From: Akkermansia muciniphila
GTDB taxonomy: Bacteria > Verrucomicrobiota > Verrucomicrobiia > Methylacidiphilales > CAMAQI01
Direction: 5' to 3'
Length of the DNA stretch: 64,000 nt
Assembly: GCA_945883905.1 (NCBI GenBank)
Contig: CAMCYL010000002.1
Span: 7,464-71,463, forward strand
Part shown: positions 58,032 through 64,000 of the stretch, piece by piece
Layout: the number at the start of each line of letters is the position of its first letter
Numbering within the stretch: position 1 is the first letter of the stretch
Made by a program: the position numbers and the translations under genes
The notes under the pieces: model-generated
The model's database searches: none
Seen by the model: the letters and a program-made list of their open reading frames with translations, nothing else
Told to the model about the DNA's origin: nothing

Positions 58032-58937
58032 ATGATCCATACGCTTCTCAAACGAAAGCAATCTCTCAAACCAGCTGAAAACCCTCCTAAACGAGAGTTC
58101 TCTTTGGGATTTTCGACGAATCAATCGATGGATTCTACTCTTGAAAAAATAATAGAGGATATCACTCAAACCTCGATCCCGCAGAAAGAAACAATCCCTG
58201 TAATCCTCGATCCTCACTCAATCCCGAATGATCGTGGATTTAACTCTCCTCCAATAACTCTCCCCGCCTCAATTTTTACAAAAAAAACGATTTCAAAAAA
58301 TAAAACAATTCGCGGACTGAATAATCCTTTAAAAGTTCCCAGTAATCATCAAAAACTAAACTCTTTTTCGCCCGTCATCCTTAAAAGTAGCGCCTCAAAT
58401 GCCACACAAAAAAATGAAACACAGCTCGCACCTCCTTCTGAGCAATCCCCAATTCCCTCCTTTCGACTTCCCTTAAGTCAATCCAACTCAATAATTCAAA
58501 CCACCCGGATTTCGATTGCCAAAGAACTCCTTAAATCGGCGGCCTCTTGTCAAATGATCTCCATTCAAGAAGCCCATTCCATGGGAAGTAAAATGACCCT
58601 TTCCGCCCAGGGATTAATGCTTCCACTCCTCGCTGAACTCCTTCATCGCAATCCAGAATCAGTTCAAAAAAATCTACTGTTAAAAATTAATAAACCGGTA
58701 GTTCCGATTGATTTCTTTGCCTCACTCATCGGCAATCAAACGGTCCAAAAATTTCATACTCTTTTAATCCCATATAAAATAATTCCCCTTTTTCATCAAG
58801 GAAACTCTCTGACCATTCTTGCGGAACATCCCTTGCTCCTTACTCTTGCGGAAACCATTTTAAAAGAAAATCACTCTCCCGTCGCCTGGATTCATTTTAT
58901 TCCCGCATCGCTGATCGATCTGGAGTCTTTCTCATGA
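58032..58937 (+). CDS. Standalone protein with a C-terminal GspE-N (T2SSE_N / MshEN)-like domain
   Basis: 301 aa. The C-terminal about 140 aa (IAKELLKSAASCQMISIQEAH...KPVVPIDFF...LIPYKIIPLFHQGNSLTILAEHPLLLTLAETI) follow the T2SSE_N pattern. No ATPase motifs. ATGA overlap with the following ATPase gene. Confidence 0.4.
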   Translation: MIHTLLKRKQSLKPAENPPKREFSLGFSTNQSMDSTLEKIIEDITQTSIPQKETIPVILDPHSIPNDRGFNSPPITLPASIFTKKTISKNKTIRGLNNPLKVPSNHQKLNSFSPVILKSSASNATQKNETQLAPPSEQSPIPSFRLPLSQSNSIIQTTRISIAKELLKSAASCQMISIQEAHSMGSKMTLSAQGLMLPLLAELLHRNPESVQKNLLLKINKPVVPIDFFASLIGNQTVQKFHTLLIPYKIIPLFHQGNSLTILAEHPLLLTLAETILKENHSPVAWIHFIPASLIDLESFS

Positions 58938-60610
58938 GTTATGCCGATACAATTCCAGTCATCCTCCGAGAACCGCTCACGGAAATGATCGCCACGGCTC
59001 TTGATAAAAACCCCACTGAAGTCGATCGAAACTTCGATCATCAACGCGAGGAAGATCTCTTAGGTGCCGTTGCACACCACCTTGAAGCTCCCTACTTAGA
59101 TCTTCAAACCTCGATGGTTGATTCAGAACTCTATAAAAAATTTAACCCCGGAGATCTTCATCACCACCGTTTTCTCCCTTTATTCCAACAGGGAAAAACC
59201 CTCTGGTGTGCCTCCCCCAATCCATGGCTCATTCAGATTAAAGATAATATTCAAAATACCCTTCAATCTCCAGAGCTCCACGTCGCCTACTTCACCGTCT
59301 CTGATAACGATCTCAGCGCTTGGATGAGACAGCAAGGACTAAACGGACAGGGCTACGCCAAAACGGCGGAAACCTTACAAGTCGCTCAAGAAAGTGCCGA
59401 TCAAAGTATCTCCCTCTCTCCAGAGACAAAACATGTTTGGGGCGTCATTTCTCAAATCTTTATCGACTGTATTAATAAAAATGCGACCGAACTCCATTTT
59501 GAGCCGGAAGGGGAACGCCTCCGCGTACGAGCAGAAATCAATGGAACCCTCCAAGACTTGGACTCCCTCCCCACAACACTCTCTGGAACCATTGATCACA
59601 TCCTTTACTCGAAAACAAAAACCATGAAAGGAGATCGATGGAGATTTCCTCAAAGCGGGAGCTTTACTTTTCCTTATCAGAATCGACAAATCAATGTCCG
59701 AATTCAAACAGTCGGACGAGATATCGGGATGATTACACAATTAGTCCACACAACCGTTCGATTTCAAGATTCACAACGAAACAAACAAATCTCCCTGGAG
59801 TCACTCCCTTTTGAATCTCAAATTCAACAGCTTATTAAAAATTCCGTTCAAGAACCTGGCTCACTCTCTATTATTGCCGGTCCCACTGGAAGCGGTAAAA
59901 CGACCACTCTGGGAGCGATTCTAAAATTTTTGGCAACAGATGAAAGAATGATTTATGCCGTTGAAGATCCAGTCGAGAATATCTATCCTGGAGTCATTCA
60001 TGTTCTTGCGGATCGTGACTCGGGTATCACTTTTGGATCAATCCTAAAAGCGCTTCTCCGAAAAAAACCGCATGTGATTATGGTTGGAGAGATGCGAGAG
60101 CGAGAAACAGGCGAGGTAGTGATTGAAGGAGCCCTCACCGGACACATCATGTTAACAACCGTTCACTGTGATTTTGCCTGCGAAATCCCTGAACGACTCA
60201 CTTATTTAGGGATTCAGCCTTTTCAAATCGCAAGTAAACTGAAGCTTTGTTCCTCACAACGACTCGTGAAAGAGCTCTGTCCCCACTGTTTAAGCGAGAT
60301 CGAGCTCACTCCTGAATTACAAATTATTAACCGCTACCCTCTGGCCTGGATCGGAAAAAAGATGAAGTTTCATCATCCTTTAGGATGCTCCCGTTGTAAC
60401 CGTGGTTATATGGCTCGAAGACCCATTATTGAAGTGATGCCCACTGATACAAAACTCATTGATCTCATCTATTCGGGAGCGCGTCCTCATGAACTACAAC
60501 GTTATGCCGTTGAAAACCTAAAGATGAAAACCCTGAAACAATCCGCATTCGAATTAATTGAAAAAGGGATAACAGACTACAACGGTGTCAAATCTGGCAT
60601 CTCCCTCTAA
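58934..60610 (+). CDS. GspE/PilB-type type IV filament assembly ATPase
   Basis: 558 aa with its own N-terminal T2SSE_N-like region (FLPLFQQGKTLWCASPNPW). Has Walker A GPTGSGKTTTL, VEDPVE, Walker B VIMVGEMRE and His box GHIMLTTVH. A tetracysteine motif CPHC...CSRC is present. Confidence 0.92.
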   Translation: MSYADTIPVILREPLTEMIATALDKNPTEVDRNFDHQREEDLLGAVAHHLEAPYLDLQTSMVDSELYKKFNPGDLHHHRFLPLFQQGKTLWCASPNPWLIQIKDNIQNTLQSPELHVAYFTVSDNDLSAWMRQQGLNGQGYAKTAETLQVAQESADQSISLSPETKHVWGVISQIFIDCINKNATELHFEPEGERLRVRAEINGTLQDLDSLPTTLSGTIDHILYSKTKTMKGDRWRFPQSGSFTFPYQNRQINVRIQTVGRDIGMITQLVHTTVRFQDSQRNKQISLESLPFESQIQQLIKNSVQEPGSLSIIAGPTGSGKTTTLGAILKFLATDERMIYAVEDPVENIYPGVIHVLADRDSGITFGSILKALLRKKPHVIMVGEMRERETGEVVIEGALTGHIMLTTVHCDFACEIPERLTYLGIQPFQIASKLKLCSSQRLVKELCPHCLSEIELTPELQIINRYPLAWIGKKMKFHHPLGCSRCNRGYMARRPIIEVMPTDTKLIDLIYSGARPHELQRYAVENLKMKTLKQSAFELIEKGITDYNGVKSGISL

Positions 60611-60619
60611 AAGACTTTT

Positions 60620-61825
60620 ATGCCTCTCTATCAAATTATCGGTCTCAACTCAAATGGAGAGAAAGTAGTGACACAATGGAGTGCAAGTCACGAGTCAGAC
60701 TTAAAAGGAATCGCCAATGGTCATAAAATTACACTTCTTCACTCCCAATTAATGAATTCTCAACAACTGTTAAGTTCTCCTAAAAATCAAAAACTAAAGT
60801 CCACACAAGTCGCCGTTTTTTGCGAAAGACTTGCTCCATTACTCGAAATGCGGGTTCCACTCAGCCAAGCCCTTACTTTTTTATATGAAAAATCTCCAGA
60901 TCCTATGATCCGAAGTGTGACTCAAACCCTAAAACTCTCCTTAGAGGAGATGCCCTTTCCGCAAGCCATCGAATCCTGTGGTAAATTTCCCCCGCTTGTT
61001 TCAGGATCGATCAAGGCAGGAAATGATTCCGCACTCCTTCCAGAGGTTTTAAATATTTTAGCCCGCTTCTATCGGGCTCAGGTGACGATGGTCGCCTCTA
61101 TTCGGAATGCGCTTGTTCAACCCTCTTTTGCATTAGTCATTGTCCTTGGCTATCTCCTTTTTTCTTTACTATTTACCGTCCCTAATCTCGCTAAAATGAT
61201 GACGAGTATGAACGCCAAACCTGGGGGCTTCATGGGATTACAAATTTGGATATCAGAAATTCTACGAGATTTTTGGCCGATGACCCTTTTCCTTTCTCTT
61301 TCACTGATGATGATCGTTTTTACCGAGAACTCCGTTCGACGAAAAATCTGGGAAGAGGCCATTCAACGAATCGGATTTTTAAGAGAAGTATTTTGGGGAA
61401 TGCGTCAAACCTCACTCCTCTATGCCATGGCCATTCTCTTTAAAGCCAATGTTCCTCACTCACAAGTTCTTCATTATCTCATTGATGTTGCAAAAGGAAC
61501 TCCGCTTGAAACTCAACTTAAGAAGGCAGAGGATCACTTTCAAAAAGAAGCAAAACTCACCCACGCACTCGAACTCCATGTCGATCTCGATCCTGATATT
61601 CTCTTTGCACTTAAAGCAGGCCACGAATCCTCTCAGCTCCCGGAACAAACGGAAAAAATTGCGAAGCTCTATGAAAAACAGGTCCTTCTTGCCTCCGAAT
61701 CGATCGCTCATAAAATCACCCCCATCATCATTATTCTCACGGCGGTTCTCGCGATCGGTTCTTACCTAATGACCTTTGGAGCGACCATGTCCGTCACTAT
61801 GAAACTCATGCGAGGAGGGATGTAA
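60620..61825 (+). CDS. GspF/PilC-type inner-membrane platform protein
   Basis: 401 aa with two repeated cytoplasmic domains and 3 TM segments. Follows the assembly ATPase. LSQALTFL... and LLYAMAILFKANVPHSQVLHYL are GspF-like. Confidence 0.85.
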   Translation: MPLYQIIGLNSNGEKVVTQWSASHESDLKGIANGHKITLLHSQLMNSQQLLSSPKNQKLKSTQVAVFCERLAPLLEMRVPLSQALTFLYEKSPDPMIRSVTQTLKLSLEEMPFPQAIESCGKFPPLVSGSIKAGNDSALLPEVLNILARFYRAQVTMVASIRNALVQPSFALVIVLGYLLFSLLFTVPNLAKMMTSMNAKPGGFMGLQIWISEILRDFWPMTLFLSLSLMMIVFTENSVRRKIWEEAIQRIGFLREVFWGMRQTSLLYAMAILFKANVPHSQVLHYLIDVAKGTPLETQLKKAEDHFQKEAKLTHALELHVDLDPDILFALKAGHESSQLPEQTEKIAKLYEKQVLLASESIAHKITPIIIILTAVLAIGSYLMTFGATMSVTMKLMRGGM

Positions 61826-61829
61826 TCTT

Positions 61830-62360
61830 ATGGTTTTACGCCTCTTAAAAAATAAAAAATACCGACTGAGAAACGATTCCCCGCCCACCTCTCCTCTCAA
61901 GGTCACTAGAATCAAGGGATTATCTCTTGTCGAAACCGTGGTCGCAATGGTCGTCATGACTCTCGTTGCAGGAGCAATCACGCAAACCATGATTTCGATC
62001 GAAAAAACTCAATTTCTTGCCGATCGTCGATCCGCCTTGATTACCGAATCGGCACGTCAATCAGAGATCCTTCGTGGAATCCCCCTCTCACGTCTCTTGA
62101 CGGAGCTCCCGAACCCCGGACTAAAAACCAAACGCTTATCCGATACCGATGGAAAATTAACTGGAATCATCCTCAATGATTCCGAAAGAGCCTCCGTCTG
62201 GTGGACTCGCACGGAGAGTCTACTTCCAATCTCAGGAGAGAAAATCCAAACTGTCCAAGTCGATCTCTATTACACCCTCTGGGGGGATCAAGTAAAAATG
62301 GGGGTAACCAATCAAGTCATTCGTCTCATGGAACGAGAAACTCGCCTCACGGCAGAGTAG
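61830..62360 (+). CDS. Pseudopilin with a long leader (Gly at -1)
   Basis: 176 aa. ...KVTRIKG|LSLVETVVAMVVMTLVAGAI has Glu at +5. The leader is about 30 aa if the first ATG is used. Confidence 0.65.
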   Translation: MVLRLLKNKKYRLRNDSPPTSPLKVTRIKGLSLVETVVAMVVMTLVAGAITQTMISIEKTQFLADRRSALITESARQSEILRGIPLSRLLTELPNPGLKTKRLSDTDGKLTGIILNDSERASVWWTRTESLLPISGEKIQTVQVDLYYTLWGDQVKMGVTNQVIRLMERETRLTAE

Positions 62361-62470
62361 TAATAAAGGGATTTACCTTCGAATAAATCATTAATTTAAT
62401 TTACAACAATAATGTAATAATTTAATGATTTATAATTGATTTTAACGAACAATTAATATAAACAATCAGC

Positions 62471-64000
62471 ATGATTCATTCCTTTTCCCAAAAAAGTCTA
62501 CGAACGAAGTTAAATTTTATTTTTGGGATTTTGGTCGGAGTTTCGCTTTTAAGCGGGATATTCAGCTACCAAATCACCGTAAATCTCGAGGAGAGCATTA
62601 AGAGTTTAATTAATGTTCATATGAGCGCCTCGGAAAAGGTTCTTCAATCCGATATGGCTCACGATCAATTAAGAGCCATTGCTTTTCGGGCAATCATCGG
62701 AGCACAAACAGGAAACAAGCATGAGATCGATGCCGCAAAAGCTGAATTCATCGAAGCAAAAGCGGCCTTTGAAAAGGGAGTCAGCACAATTAAAGACCTT
62801 CCCGTTTCAGATTCCATCCATCAAGATATTAAAGAGGTTGAACCACGACTTAAAAGTTACATTCAATCGATCGATTCCCTCATCGATATGAGTGAAAAAG
62901 GGGATAAATCCAAAGCAATCGATTCGCTTCCCACATTCGGAACTCTCTTTGAGGAACTTGCTGAAAAAATGGCCAAGCTTGAGGATCATATTTTTACAGA
63001 GGCTCAAAAAACAAGTGACGAAAGTAGCAATCAAGTAATCCTCTCTAAAACAATCACTGGAGGCTCCATCTTCATATTGATCACGATTGGTATTGCCTCG
63101 ATTCTCTTTACTCAAAAATCGATCATTCAATCCCTTGAAAACTGCATTCGTTCGATCGATAGCGTCACCCAAAATGTCTCGACGGCCTCTACGCAAATCG
63201 AATCCGCAAGTAAACACCTTGCCTCAGGTGCCTCAGAGCAATCTGCGGGACTCGAAGAGACCAGTGCAAGTATGGAAGAGATCTCCAGCATGATTCAACA
63301 AAACGTGAATAATGCAAATAACTCTAAAAAAATTTCAATTAACGCCAAAGAATCCTCCGAAAAAGGGATTTCTTATATGAGCGAAATGAATAGTACGATC
63401 AACGGAATTAGAACCTCTGCCACCGAAATGAAGGAGGCTGTCTCGAGCATGCAGAGTGCAGAAAACCAAATCGCCAAAATCGTTAAAGATATCGATGAAA
63501 TCGCCTTTCAAACCAACATCCTCGCCTTAAATGCCGCAGTCGAAGCCGCGCGTGCTGGAGAGGCTGGAGCCGGTTTTGCAGTGGTTGCTGATGAGGTCAG
63601 AAATCTTGCCCAACGAAGCGCCCAAGCAGCACGAGAAACTGCTTTAAAGATTGAGGAATCGATTAAGATTAGTCATCGCAGCGTGATCGCTTCTGAGAAA
63701 GTGAATCAAAGCCTGACTCTCCTTGATCAAACCTCACTTCGAGTTGAATCCGGGTTCCAAGAAATTCTCAGTCAAACTCGTAACGTCAGTGAAGTCGTTA
63801 TTCAAATTTCTCAAGCCACTCAAGAGCAATCGATTGGAGTTCAAGAAACAAAGAAATCTCTCAATCAAATCGATCAAGTTACACAGTCAAATGCCGCTCA
63901 AGCGGAGGAGACCTCGCAGGCGGCACAAAGCCTTATCGAACAGGTCCATGGACTCCACGAGGCCTTAAATCTCTTAAAAAATCTCGTTGAGGGAAGATCA
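62471..64000 (+). CDS. Methyl-accepting chemotaxis protein (3' end beyond the window)
   Basis: Open frame from ATG 62471 to the window edge (510 codons, no stop), so it is absent from the ORF track. Translation runs [29 protein letters not shown], then a periplasmic 4-helix-like region, then TM2. The signalling domain reads [42 protein letters not shown]. Confidence 0.88.
   Translation, partial: MIHSFSQKSLRTKLNFIFGILVGVSLLSGIFSYQITVNLEESIKSLINVHMSASEKVLQSDMAHDQLRAIAFRAIIGAQTGNKHEIDAAKAEFIEAKAAFEKGVSTIKDLPVSDSIHQDIKEVEPRLKSYIQSIDSLIDMSEKGDKSKAIDSLPTFGTLFEELAEKMAKLEDHIFTEAQKTSDESSNQVILSKTITGGSIFILITIGIASILFTQKSIIQSLENCIRSIDSVTQNVSTASTQIESASKHLASGASEQSAGLEETSASMEEISSMIQQNVNNANNSKKISINAKESSEKGISYMSEMNSTINGIRTSATEMKEAVSSMQSAENQIAKIVKDIDEIAFQTNILALNAAVEAARAGEAGAGFAVVADEVRNLAQRSAQAARETALKIEESIKISHRSVIASEKVNQSLTLLDQTSLRVESGFQEILSQTRNVSEVVIQISQATQEQSIGVQETKKSLNQIDQVTQSNAAQAEETSQAAQSLIEQVHGLHEALNLLKNLVEGRS

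Noticed and set aside
62385-62431. 10-bp inverted repeat AAATCATTAA / TTAATGATTT upstream of the chemoreceptor gene as an operator
   Set aside because: The spacer is extremely AT-rich, so a 10-bp AT-only palindrome separated by 27 bp is not clearly above chance. No second occurrence in the window.

Overview
64-kb window from a bacterial chromosome of moderate to low GC. The gene content (many pilin-like genes with class-III signal peptides, DUF4159 / FG-GAP / ExbBD envelope genes) suggests a PVC-superphylum, Verrucomicrobia-like organism, but this is inference only.

Layout:
(i) 1-13.8 kb, all minus strand: the conserved block tRNA-Thr, tuf, tRNA-Trp, secE, nusG, rplK-rplA-rplJ-rplL, rpoB, rpoC, followed by purN.
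(ii) 14-24.7 kb: a YfhO-like membrane protein, a UvrD-type helicase, AraC and IclR regulators, and a small catabolic cluster (RraA-like, family-III CoA-transferase, leaderless solute-binding-protein homolog, Gfo/Idh/MocA oxidoreductase, MaoC hydratase).
(iii) 24.7-26.5 kb: a gene-poor tRNA-Ser(GCU) locus full of att-like repeats.
(iv) 26.5-30.1 kb: a visibly GC-richer hldD, then glmS and an RRM RNA-binding protein.
(v) 30.2-36 kb, accessory-looking: an overlap-coupled operon (small protein, HDOD protein, orphan VirD4/TraG-like coupling-protein ATPase, small membrane protein), a divergent AAA+ ATPase, and a VapBC pair.
(vi) 36.1-39.7 kb: livHMGF.
(vii) 39.8-64 kb, envelope machinery: prepilin peptidase, H-lectin-like protein, bactofilin, an ExbB-ExbD-ExbD operon ending in a TonB-like-anchored DUF4159 protein and an FG-GAP propeller, a 13-gene type IV filament (T4P/T2SS-hybrid) cluster, and a 3'-truncated chemoreceptor gene that is absent from the ORF track.

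The best candidates for undescribed biology are the orphan coupling-protein/HDOD operon, the ExbBD motor with a non-TonB output protein, and the hybrid type IV filament cluster with atypical prepilin cleavage sites and a standalone GspE-N-like protein. All functional calls rest on motif recognition by eye; no searches were run.
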